Positions 15,251 through 28,559 of a DNA stretch of 64,000 bases are shown piece after piece. The DNA is taken from the NCBI GenBank assembly GCA_964016885.1, contig OZ024744.1:30628001-30692000 (forward strand). Reading direction: 5' to 3'. This DNA comes from Eledone cirrhosa (taxonomy: Eukaryota). Position 1 is the first letter of the stretch. Every line of letters starts with the position of its first letter. A program made the translations under genes and the position numbers. Below the pieces are notes generated by a model. It had not been told where the DNA came from. It made no database searches and saw only the letters and a list, made by a program, of their open reading frames with translations.

Positions 15251-18200
15251 CCGATGATTTCTAAAGAATGAAACAGTGCTAGTCCTGTAGAATCTCATCT
15301 ATATTAACATTTTTTAACACCCAGATTCCTGATGATTTCTAAAGAATGAAACAGTTCTAGTCCTGTACAATCTCATCTATATTAACATTTTTGATACCCA
15401 GATTCCTGATGATTTCTAAAGAATGAAACAGTTCTAGTTCAGTAGAATCTCATCTATATTAACATTTTTTGACACCCAGATTCCTGATGATTTCTAAAGA
15501 ATGAAACAGTTCTAGTCCTGTAGAATGTCATCTATATTAAAATTTTTGGATACCCAGATTCCTGATGATTTCTAAAGAATGAAACAGTTCTAGTCCTTTA
15601 GAATCTCATCCATATTAAAATTTTTTGATACCCAGATTCCTGATGATTTTTAAAGAATGAAACAGTTCTAGTCCTGTAGAATCTCATCTATATTAACATT
15701 TTTTGATACCCAGATTCCTGATGATTTCTCAAGAATGAAACAGTTCTAGTCCTTTAGAATCTCATGCATATTAAAATTTTTTGATGCCCAGATTGCTGAT
15801 GATTTCTAAAGAATGAAGCAGTTCTAGTCCGGTAGAATCTCATCTATATTAACATTTTTTGATACCCAGATTCCTGATAATTTCTAAAGAATGTAACAGT
15901 TCTAGTCCTGTAGAATCTCATCTATATTAACATTTTTTGACACCCAGATTCCTGATGATTTCTAAAGAATGAAACAGTTCTAGTCCTGTAGAATGTCATC
16001 TATATTAAAATTTTTGGATACCCAGATTCCTGATGATTTCTAAAGAATGAAACAGTTCTAGTCCTTTAGAATCTCATCCATATTAAAATTTTTTGATACC
16101 CAGATTCCTGATGATTTCTAAAGAATGAAACAGTTCTAGTCCTGTAGAATCTCATCTATATTAAAATTTTTTGATACCCAGATTCCTGATGATTTCTAAA
16201 GATTGAAACAGTTCTAGTCCTGTAGAACCTCATCTATATTAACATTTTTTGATACCCAGATTCCTGATGATTTCTAAAGAATGAAACAGTTCTAGTCCTG
16301 TAGAATCTCATATATATTAACATTTTATGACACCCAGATTCCTGATGATTTCTTAAGAATGAAACAGTCCTAGTCGTGTAGAATCTCATCTATATTAAAC
16401 ATTTGTGATACCCAGATTCCTGATGATTTCTAAAGAATGAAACAGTTCTCGTTCTGTAGAATCTCATCTATATTAACATTTTTTGATACCCAGATTCCTG
16501 ATGATTTCTAAAGAATGAAACAGTTCTAGTCCTGTAGAATCTCATATATATTAACATTTTTTGACACCCAGATTCCTGATGATTTCTAAAGAATGAAACA
16601 GTCCTAGTCGTGTAGAATCTCATCTATATTAAACATTTGTGATACCCAGATTCCTGATGATTTCTAAAGAATGAAACAGTTCTCGTTCTGTAGAATCTCA
16701 TGTATATTAAAAAATTTTGATACCCAGATTCCTGATGTTTTCTAAAGAATGAAACAGTTCTAGTCCTGTAGAATATCATCTATACTAAAATGTTTTGATA
16801 CCCAGTTTCCTGATGATTTCTAATGAATGAAACATTTCTAGTCCTGTAGAATCTCATTGATATTAACATTTTTTGACACCCAGATTCCTGATGATTTCTA
16901 AAGAATGAAACAGTTCTAGTCCTGTAGAATCTCATCTATATTAACATTTTTTGACACCCAGATTCCTTATGATTTCTAAAGAATGAAACAGTTGTAGTTC
17001 AGTAGAATCTCATGTATATTAACACTTTTTGATACCCAGATTCCTGATGATTTCTAAAGAATGAAACAGTTCTAGTCCTGTAGAATCTAATCTATATTAA
17101 CATTTTTTGATACCCAGATTCCTGATGATTTCCAAAGAATGAAACAGTTCTAGTCCTGTAGAATCTCATCTATACTAACATTTTTTGATACCCAGATTCC
17201 TGGTGATTTCTAAAGAATGAAACAGTTCTTGTCCTGTAGAATCTCATCTATATTAAAAAACGTTGATACACAGATTCCTGATGTTTTCTAAAGAATGAAA
17301 CAGTTCTAGTCCTGTAGAATATTATCTATATTAAAATTTTTTGACACCCAGATTCCTGATGATTTCTAAAGAATGAAACAGTTCTAGTCCTGTAGAATCT
17401 CATCTATATTAAAACTTTTGATACCCAGATTCCTGATGATTTCTAAAGAATGAAACAGTTCTAGTCCTGTAGAATCTCATCTATATTAAAAATGTTGATA
17501 CCCACATTCCTGATGATTTCTAAAGAATGAAACAGTTGTAGTTCAGTAGAATCTCATCTATATTAAAAATTTTTGATACCCAGATTCCTGATGATTTCTA
17601 AAGAATGAAACACCTCTAGTCCTGTAGAACCTCATCTATATTAAACATTTTTGATACCCAGATTCCTGATGATTTCTAAAGAATGAAACAGTTCTAGTCC
17701 TTTAGAATCTCATCCATATTAAAATTTTTTGATACCCAGATTCCTGATGATTTCTAAAGAATGAAACAGTCCTAGTCATGTAGAATCTCATGTATATTAA
17801 ACATTTGTGATACCCAGATTCCTGATGATTTCTAAAGAATGAAACAGTTCTCGTTCTGTAGAATCTCATCTATATTAAAAAATTTTGATGCCCAGATTCC
17901 TGATGTTTTCTAAAGAAAGAAACAGTTCTAGTCTTGTAGAATATCATCTATACTAAAATGTTTTGATACCCAGTTTCCTGATGATTTCTAATGAATGAAA
18001 CAGTTCTAGTCCTGTAGAATCTCATCTATATTAAAAATGTTTGATACCCAGATTGCTGATGATTTCTAAAGAATGAAACAGTTCTAGTCCTGTAGAATCT
18101 CATCTATATTAAAATTTGTTGATACCCAGATTCCTGATGATTTCTAAAGAATGAAACAGTTCTAGTCCTGTAGAATCTCATCTACATTAAAATTTTTGGA

Positions 18201-18399
18201 TACCCAGATTCCTGATGATTTCTAAAGAATGAAACAGTTCTAGTCCTTTAGAATCTCATCTATATTAAAATTTTTTGATACCCAGATTCCTGATGATTTC
18301 TAACGAATGAAACAGTTCTAGTCCTGTAGAATCTCATCTATATTAAAATTTTTTGATACCCAGATTCCTGATGATTTCTAAAGAATGAAACAGTTCTAG

Positions 18400-21300
18400 T
18401 CCTGTAGAATCTCATATATATTAACATTTTTTGACACCCAGATTCCTGATGATTTCTAAAGAATGAAACAGTTCTAGTCCTCTAGAATCTCACCTATATT
18501 AAACATTTGTTATACCCAGATTCCTGATGATTTCTAAAGAATGAAACATTCTCGTTCTGTAGAATCTCATCTATATTAAAAAATTTTGATACCCAGATTC
18601 CTGATGATTTCTAAAGAATGAAACAGTTCTAGTCCTGTAGAATATCATCTATACTAAAATGTTTTGATACCCAGTTTCCTGATGATTTCTAATGAATGAA
18701 ACATTTCTAGTCCTGTAGAATCTCATCTATATTAACATTTTTTGACACCCAGATTCCTGATGATTTCTAAAGAATGAAACAGTTCTAGTCCTGTAGAATC
18801 TCATCTATATTAACATTTTTTGACACCCAGATTCCTGATGATTTCTAAAGAATGAAACAGTTGTAGTTCAGTAGAATCTCACCTATATTAACACTTTTTG
18901 ATACCCAGATTCCTGATGATTTCTAAAGAATGAAACAGTTCTAGTCCTGTAGAATCTAATCTATATTAACATTTTTTGATACCCAGATTCCTGATGATTT
19001 CCAAAGAATGAAACAGTTCTAGTCCTGTAGAATGTCATCTATATTAAAATTTGTTGATACCCAGATTCCTGATGATTTCTAAAGAATGAAACAGTTCTAG
19101 TCCTGTAGAATCTCATGTATATTAACATTTTTTGATACCCAGATTCCTGATGATTTCTAAAGAATGAAACAGTTCTAGTCCTGTAGAATCTCATGTATAC
19201 TAACATTTTTTGATACCCAGATTCCTGGTGATTTCTAAAGAATGAAACAGTTCTCGTCCAGTAGAATCTCATCTATATTAAAACATGTTGATACACAGAT
19301 TCCTGATGTTTTCTAAAGAATGAAACAGTTCTAGTCCTGTAGAATCTCATCTATATTAACATTTTTTGACACCCAGATTCCTGATGATTTCTAAAGAATG
19401 AAACAGTTCTAGTCCTGTAGAATCTCATCTATATTAAAACTTTTGATACCCAGATTCCTGATGATTTCTAAAGAATGAAACAGTTCTAGTCCTGTAGAAT
19501 CTCATCTATATTAAAAATTTTGATACCCACATTCCTGATGATTTCTAAAGAATGAAACAGTTGTAGTTCAGTAGAATCTCATCTATATTAAAAATTTTTG
19601 ATACCCAGATTCCTGATGATTTCTAAAGAATGAAACACCTCTAGTCATGTAGAACCTCATTTATATTAAACATTTTTGATACCCAGATTCCTGATAATTT
19701 CTAAAGAATGAAACAGTTCTAGTCCTGTAGAATCTCATCTATATTAAACATTTTTGATACCCAGATTTCTGATGATTTCTAAGAATGAAATAGTTCTAGT
19801 CCTGTAGAATCTCATCTATATTAACATTTTTTGATACCCAGATTCCTGATGATTTCTAAAGAATGAAACAGTTCTAGTCCTCTAGAATCTCATCTATATT
19901 AACATTTTTTGATACCCAGATTCCTGATGATTTCTAAAGAATGTAACAGTTCTAGTCCTGTAGAACCTCATCTATATTAACATTTTTTGATACCCAGATT
20001 CCTGATGATTTCTAAAGAATGAAACAGTTCTAGTCCTGTAGAATCTCATATATATTATCATTTTTTGACACCCAGATTCCTGATGATTTCTAAAGAATGA
20101 AACAGTCCTAGTCGTGTAGAATCTCATCTATATTAAACATTTGTGATACCCAGATTCCTGATGATTTCTAAAGAATGAAACAGTTCTCGTTCTGTAGAAT
20201 CTCATCCATATTAACATTTTTTGATACCCAGATTCCTGATGATTTCTAAAGAATGAAACAGTTCTAGTCCTGTAGAATCTCATATATATTAACATTTTTT
20301 GACACCCAGATTCCTGATGATTTCTAAAGAATGAAACAGTTCTAGTCCTCTAGAATCTCATCTATATTAAACATTTGTGATACCCAGATTCCTGATGATT
20401 TCTAAAGAATGAAACAGTTCTAGTCCTGTAGAATCACATATATATTAACATTTTTTGACACCCAGATTCCTGATGATTTCTAAAGAATGAAACAGTTCTA
20501 GTCCTCTAGAATCTCATCTATATTAAACATTTGTGATACCCAGATTCCTGATGATTTCTAAAGAATGAAACATTCTCGTTCTGTAGAATCTCATCTATAT
20601 TAAAAAATTTTGATACCCAGATTCCTGATGATTTCTAAAGAATGAAACAGTTCTAGTCCTGTAGAATATCATCTATACTAAAATGTTTTGATACCCAGTT
20701 TCCTGATGATTTCTAATGAATGAAACATTTCTAGTCCTGTAGAATCTCATCTATATTAACATTTTTTGACACCCAGATTCCTGATGATTTCTAAAGAATG
20801 AAACAGTTCTAGTCCTGTAGAATCTCATCTATATTAACATTTTTTGATACCCAGATTCCTGATGATTTCCAAAGAATGAAACAGTTCTAGTCCTGTAGAA
20901 TGTCATCTATATTAAAATTTGTTGATACCCAGATTCCTGATGATTTCTAAAGAATGAAACAGTTCTAGTCCTGTAGAATCTCATGTATATTAACATTTTT
21001 TGATACCCAGATTCCTGATGATTTCTAAAGAATGAAACAGTTCTAGTCCTGTAGAATCTCATGTATACTAACATTTTTTGATACCCAGATTCCTGGTGAT
21101 TTCTAAAGAATGAAACAGTTCTCGTCCTGTAGAATCTCATCTATATTAAAAAATGTTGATACACAGATTCCTGATGTTTTCTAAAGAATGAAACAGTTCT
21201 AGTCCTGTAGAATCTCATCTATATTAACATTTTTTGACACCCAGATTCCTGATGATTTCTAAAGAATGAAACAGTTCTAGTCCTGTAGAATCTCATCTAT

Positions 21301-21480
21301 ATTAAAACTTTTGATACCCAGATTCCTGATGATTTCTAAAGAATGAAACAGTTCTAGTCCTGTAGAATCTCATCTATATTAAAAATTTTGATACCCACAT
21401 TCCTGATGATTTCTAAAGAATGAAACAGTTGTAGTTCAGTAGAATCTAATCTATATTAAAAATTTTTGATACCCAGATTC
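18400..21480. repeat. Imperfect duplicated block at ~24-monomer spacing (1868 bp)
   Basis: The near-identical three-monomer runs at 19039-19272 and 20907-21140 (ORF track) are 1868 bp apart. The shared deletion variant AAACATTCTCGTTCTG occurs at ~18545 and ~20570. Confidence 0.7.
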
Positions 21481-23989
21481 CTGATGATTTCTAAAGAATG
21501 AAACAGTTCTAGTCATTTAGAATCTCATCCATATTAAAATTTTTTGATACCCAGATTCCTGATGATTTCTAAAGAATGAAACAGTCCTAGTCGTGTAGAA
21601 TCTCATCTATATTAAACATTTGTGATACCCAGATTCCTGATGATTTCTAAAGAATGAAACAGTTCTCGTTCTGTAGAATCTAATCTATATTAAAAAATTT
21701 TGATACCCAGATTCCTGATGTTTTCTAAAGAATGAAACAGTTCTAGTCCTGTAGAATATCATCTATACTAAAATGTTTTGATACCCAGTTTCCTGATGAT
21801 TTCTAATGAATGAAACATTTCTAGTCCTGTAGAATCTCATCTATATTAACATTTTTTGACACCCAGATTCCTGATGATTTCTAAAGAACGAAACACTTCT
21901 AGTCCTGTAGAATCTCATCTATATTAACATTTTTTGACACCCAGATTCCTGATGATTTCTAAAGAATGAAACAGTTGTAGTTCAGTAGAATCTCATCTAT
22001 ATTAACACTTTTTGATACCCAGATTCCTGATGATTTCTAAAGAATGAAACAGTTCTAGTCCTGTAGAATCTCATGTATATTAACATTTTTTGATACCCAG
22101 ATTCCTGATGATTTCTAAAGAATGAAACAGTTCTAGTCCTGTAGAATCTCATCTATACTAACATTTTTTGATACCCAGATTCCTGGTGATTTCTAAAGAA
22201 TGAAACAGTTCTCGTCCTGTAGAATCTCATCTATATTAAAAAATGTTGATACACAGATTCCTGATGTTTTCTAAAGAATGAAACAGTTCTAGTCCTGTAG
22301 AATATCATCTATATTAAAATTTTTTGATACCCAGATGCCTGATGATTTCTAATGAATGAAACAGTTCTAGTCCTGTAGAATCTCATCTATATTAACATTT
22401 TTTAACACCCAGATTCCTGATGATTTCTAAAGAATGAAACAGTTCTAGTCCTGTAGAATCTCATCTATATTAAAAATTTTGATACCCACATTCCTGATGA
22501 TTTCTAAAGAATGAAACAGTTGTAGTTCAGTAGAATCTCATCTATATTAAAAATTTTTGATTCCCAGATTCCTGATGATTTCTAAAGAATGAAACACCTC
22601 TAGTCCTGTAGAACCTCATCTATATTAAACATTTTTGATACCCAGATTCCTGCTGATTTCTAAAGTATGAAACAGTTCTAGTTCTTTAGAATCTCATCCA
22701 TATTAAAATTTTTTGATACCCAGATTCCTGATGATTTCTAAAGAATGAAAGAGTTCTAGTCCTGTAGAATCTCATGTATATTAAAATTTTTTGATACCCA
22801 GATTCCTGATGATTTGTAAAGAATGAAACAGTTCTAGTCCTCTAGAATCTCATCTATACTAAAATTTTTTGATACCCAAATTGCTGGTGATTTCTAAAGA
22901 ATGAAACAGTTCTAGTCCTGTAGAATCTCATCTATATTAAAAAATTTTGATACACAGATTCCTGATGATTTCTAAAGAATGAAACAGTGCTAGTTCTGTA
23001 GAATCTCATCTATATTAACATTTTTTGATACCCAGATTCCTGATGATTTCTAAAGAATGAAACAGTTCTAGTCCTGTAGAATCTCATATATATTAACATT
23101 TTTTGACACCCAGATTCCTGATGATTTCTAAAGAATGAAACAGTCCTAGTCGTGTAGAATCTCATCTATATTAAACATTTGTGATACCCAGATTCCTGAT
23201 GATTTCTAAAGAATGAAATAGTTCTCATTCTGTAGAATCTCATCTATATTAAAAAATTTTGATACGCAGATTCCTGATGTTTTCTAAAGAATGAAACAGT
23301 TCTAGTCCTGTAGAATATCATCTATACTAAAATGTTTTGATACCCAGTTTCCTGATGATTTCTAATGAATGAAACATTTCTAGTCCTGTAGAATCTCATC
23401 TATATTAACATTTTTTGACACCCAGATTTCTGACGATTTCTAAAGAATGAAACAGTTCTAGTCCTGTAGAATCTCATCTATATTAACATTTTTTGACACC
23501 CAGATTCCTGATGATTTCTAAAGAATGAAACAGTTGTAGTTCAGTAGAATCTCATCTATATTAACACTTTTTGATACCCGGATTCCTGATGATTTCTAAA
23601 GAATGAAACAATTCTAGTCCTGTAGAATCTAATCTATATTAAAATTTGTGGATACCCAGATTCCTGATGATTTCTAAAGAATGAAACAGTTCTAGTCCTG
23701 TAGAATCTCATCTATATTAACATTTTTTGATACCCAGATTCCTGATGATTTCTAAAGAATGAAACAGTTCTAGTCCTGTAGAATCTCATCTATATTAAAA
23801 AATTTTGATACACAGATTCCTGATGATTTCTAAAGAATGAAACAGTGCTATTCCTGTAGAATCTCATCTATATTAACATTTTTTGATACCCAGATTCCTG
23901 ATGATTTCTAGAGAATGAAACAGTTCTAGTCCTGTAGAATCTCATCTACATTAACATTTTTTGATACCCAGATGTCTGATGAATTCTAA

Positions 23990-25080
23990 AGAATGAAACA
24001 GTTCTCGTCCTGTAGAATCTCATCTATAATAAAAAATGTTGATACACAGATTCCTGATGTTTTCTAAAGAATGAAACAGTTCTAGTCCTGTAGAATATCA
24101 TCTATATTAAAATTTTTTGATACCCAGATTCCTGATGATTTCTAATGAATGAAACAGTTCTAGTCCTGTAGAATCTCATCTATATTAACATTTTTTGACA
24201 CCCAGATTCCTGATGATTTCTAAAGAATGAAACAGTTCTAGTCCTGTAGAATCTCATCTATATTAAAACTTTTGATACCCAGATTCCTGATGATTTCTAA
24301 AGAATGAAACAGTTCTAGTCCTGTAGAATCTCATCTATATTAAAAATTTTGATACCCACATTCCTGATGATTTCTAAAGAATGAAACAGTTGTAGTTCAG
24401 TAGAATCTCATCTATATTAAAAATTATTGATACCCAGATTCCTGATGATTTCTAAAGAATGAAACAGTCCTAGTCGTGTAGAATCTCATCTATATTAAAC
24501 ATTTGTGATACCCAGATTCCTGATGATTTCTAAAGAATGAAACAGTTCTCGTTCTGTAGAATCTCATCTATATTAAAAAATTTTGATACCCAGATTCCTG
24601 GTGATTTCTAAAGAATGAAACAGTTCTCGTCCTGTAGAATCTCATCTATAATAAAAATGTTGATACACAGATTCCTGATGTTTTCTAAAGAATGAAACAG
24701 TTCTAGTCCTGTAGAATATCATCTATATTACAATTTTTTGATACCCAGATTCCTGATGATTTCTAATGAATGAAACAGTTCTAGTCCTGTAGAATCTCAT
24801 CTATATTAACATTTTTTGACACCCAGATTCCTGATGATTTCTAAAGAATGAAACAGTTCTAGTCCTGTAGAATCTCATCTATATTAAAACTTTTGATACC
24901 CAGATTCCTGATGATTTCTAAAGAATGAAACAGTTCTAGTCCTGTAGAATCTCATCTATATTAAAAATTTTGATACCCACATTCCTGATGATTTCTAAAG
25001 AATGAAACAGTTGTAGTTCAGTAGAATATCATCTATATTAAAAATTATTGATACCCAGATTCCTGATGATTTCTAAAGAA
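23990..25080. repeat. Short higher-order duplication, 8 monomers (~622 bp)
   Basis: CATCTATAATAAAA at 24021/24643 and AAATTATTG at 24421/25042. Confidence 0.75.
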
Positions 25081-28000
25081 TGAAACACCTCTAGTCCTGT
25101 AGAACCTCATCTATATTAAACATTTTTGATACCCAGATTCCTGATGATTTCTAAAGAATGAAACAGTTCTAGTCCTTTAGAATCTCATCCATATTAAAAT
25201 TTTTTGATACCCAGATTCCTGATGATTTCTAAAGAATGAAACAGTCCTAGTCGTGTAGAATCTCATCTATATTAAACATTTGTGATACCCAGATTCCTGA
25301 TGATTTCTAAAGAATGAAACAGTTCTCGTTCTGTAGAATCTCATCTATATTAAAAAATTTTGATACCCAGATTCCTGATGTTTTCTAAATAATGAAACAG
25401 TTCTAGTCCTGTAGAATATCATCTATACTAAAATGTTTTGATACCCAGTTTCCTGATGATTTCTAATGAATGAAACATTTCTAGTCCTGTAAAATCTCAT
25501 CTATATTAACATTTTTTGACACCCAGATTCCTGATGATTTCTAAAGAATGAAACAGTTCTAGTCCTGTAGAATCTCATCTATATTAACATTTTTTGACAC
25601 CCAGATTCCTGATGATTTCTAAAGAATGAAACAGTTGTAGTTCAGTAGAATCTCATCTATATTAACACTTTTTGATACCCAGATTCCTGATGATTTCTAA
25701 TGAATGAAACAGTTCTAGTCCTGTAGAATCTCATCTATATTAAAAAATGTTGATACACAGATTCCTGATGTTTTCTAAAGAATGAAACAGTTCTAGTCCT
25801 GTAGAATATCATCTATATTAAAATTTTTTGATACCCAGATTCCTGATGATTTCTAATGAATGAAACAGTTCTAGTCCTGTAGAATCTCATTTATATTAAC
25901 ATTTTTTGACACTCAGATTCCTGATGATTTCTAAAGAATGAAACAGTTCTAGTCCTGTAGAATCTCATCTATATTAAAAATTTTGATACCCACATTCCTG
26001 ATGATTTCTAAAGAATGAAACAGTTGTAGTTCAGTAGAATCTCATCTATATTAAAAATGTTTGATACCCAGATTCCTGATGATTTCTAAAGAATGAAACA
26101 CCTCTAGTCCTGTAGAACCTCATCTATATTAAACATTTTTGATACCCAGATTCCTGCTGATTTCTAAAGAATGAAACAGTTCTAGTTCTTTAGAATCTCA
26201 TCCATATTAAAATTTTTTGATACCCAGATTCCTGATGATTTCTAAAGAATGAAACAGTTCTAGTCCTGAAGAATCTCATCTATATTAAAATTTTTTGATA
26301 CCCAGATTCCTGATGATTTCTAAAGAATGAAAGTGTTCTAGTCCTGTAGAATCTCATGTATATTAAAATTTTTTGATACCCAGATTCCTGATGATTTCTA
26401 AAGAATGAAACAGTTCTAGTCCTCTAGAATCTCATCTATACTAAAATTTTTTGATACCCAGATTGCTGGTGATTTCTAAAGAATGAAACAGTTCTAGTCC
26501 TGTAGAATCTCATCTATATTAAAAAATTTTGATACACAGATTCCTGATGATTTCTAAAGAATGAAACAGTGCTATTCCTGTAGAATCTCATCTATATTAA
26601 CATTTTTTGATACCCAGATTCCTGATGATTTCTAAAGAATGAAACAGTTCTAGTCCTGTAGAATCTCATCTATATTAAAACTTTTGATACCCAGATTCCT
26701 GATGATTTCTAAAGAATGAAACAGTTCTAGTCCTCTAGAATCTCATCTATACTAAAATTTTTTGATACCCAGATTGCTGGTGATTTCTAAAGAATGAAAC
26801 AGTTCTAGTCCTGTAGAATCTCATCTATATTAAAAAATTTTGATACACAGATTCCTGATGATTTCTAAAGAATGAAACAGTGCTATTCCTGTAGAATCTC
26901 ATCTATATTAACATTTTTTGATACCCAGATTCCTGATGATTTCTAAAGAATGAAACAGTTCTAGTCCTGTAGAATCTCATCTATATTAACATTTTTGATA
27001 CCCAGATTCCTGATGATTTCTAAAGAATGAAACAGTTCTAGTCCTGTAGTATCTCATCTATATTAACATTTTTTGACACCCAGATTCCTGATGATTTCTA
27101 AAGAATGAAACAGTTCTAGTCCTGTAGAATCTCATCTATATTAAAATTTTTGGATAACCAGATTCCTGATGATTTCTAAAGAATGAAACAGTTCTAGTCC
27201 TTTAGAATCTTATCCATATTAAAATTTTTTGATACCCAGATTCCTGATGATTTCTAAAGAATGAAACAGTTCTAGTTCAGTAGAATCTCATCTATATTAA
27301 CATTTTTTGACACCCAGATTCCTGATGATTTCTAAAGAATGAAACAGTTCTAGTCCTGTAGAATCTCATATATATTAACATTTTTTGATACCCAGATTCC
27401 TGATGATTTCTAAAGAATGAAACAGTTCTCGTCCTGTAGAACCTCATCTATATTAACATTTTTTGATACCCAGATTCCTGATGATTTCTAAAGAATGAAA
27501 CAGTTCTAGTCCTGTAGAATCTCATATATATTAACATTTTTTGACACCCAGATTCCTGATGATTTCTAAAGAATGAAACAGTCCTAGTCGTGTAGAATCT
27601 CATCTATATTAAACATTTGTGATACCCAGATTCCTGATGATTTCTAAAGAATGAAACAGTTCTCGTTCTGTAGAATCTCATCTATATTAACATTTTTTGA
27701 TACCCAGATTCCTGATGATTTCTAAAGAATGAAACAGTTCTGGTCCTGTAGAATCTCATCTATATTAAAAAATGTTGATACACAGATTCCTGATGTTTAC
27801 TAAAGAATGAAACAGTTCTAGTCCTGCAGAATATCATGTATATTAACATTTTTTGATACCCAGATTCCTGATGATTTCTAAAGAATGAAACAGTTCTAGT
27901 CCTGTAGAATCTCATCTATATTAAAACTTTTGATACCCACATTCCTGATGATTTCTAAAGTATGAAACAGTTGTAGTTCAGTAGAATCTCATGTATATTA

Positions 28001-28559
28001 ACACTTTTTGATACCCAGATTCCTGATGATTTCTAAAGAATGAAACAGTTCTAGTCCTGTAGAATCTCATCTATACTAACATTTTTTGATACCCAGATTC
28101 CTGGTGATTTCTAAAGAATGAAACAGTTCTCGTCCTGTAGAATCTCATCTATATTAAAAAGTGTTGATACACAGATTCCTGATGTTTTCTAAAGAATGAA
28201 ACAGTTCTAGTCCTGTAGAATATCATCTATATTAAAATTTTTTGATACCCAGATTCCTGATGATTTCTAATGAATGAAACAGTTCTAGTCCTGTAGAATC
28301 TCATCTATATTAACATTTTTTGACACCCAGATTCCTGATGATTTCTAAAGAATGAAACAGTTCTAGTCCTGTAGAATCTCATCTATATTAAAACTTTTGA
28401 TACCCAGATTCCTGATGATTTCTAAAGAATGAAACAGTTCTAGTCCTGTAGAATCTCTTCTATATTAAAAATTTTGATACCCACATTCCTGATGATTTCT
28501 AAAGAATGAAACAGTTGTAGTTCAGTAGAATCTCATCTATATTAAAAATTTTTGATACC

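Noticed and set aside
19039-21140. Two near-identical 77-aa ORFs as paralogous genes
   Set aside because: They have the same read-through origin, and their similarity reflects the 1868-bp satellite block duplication.
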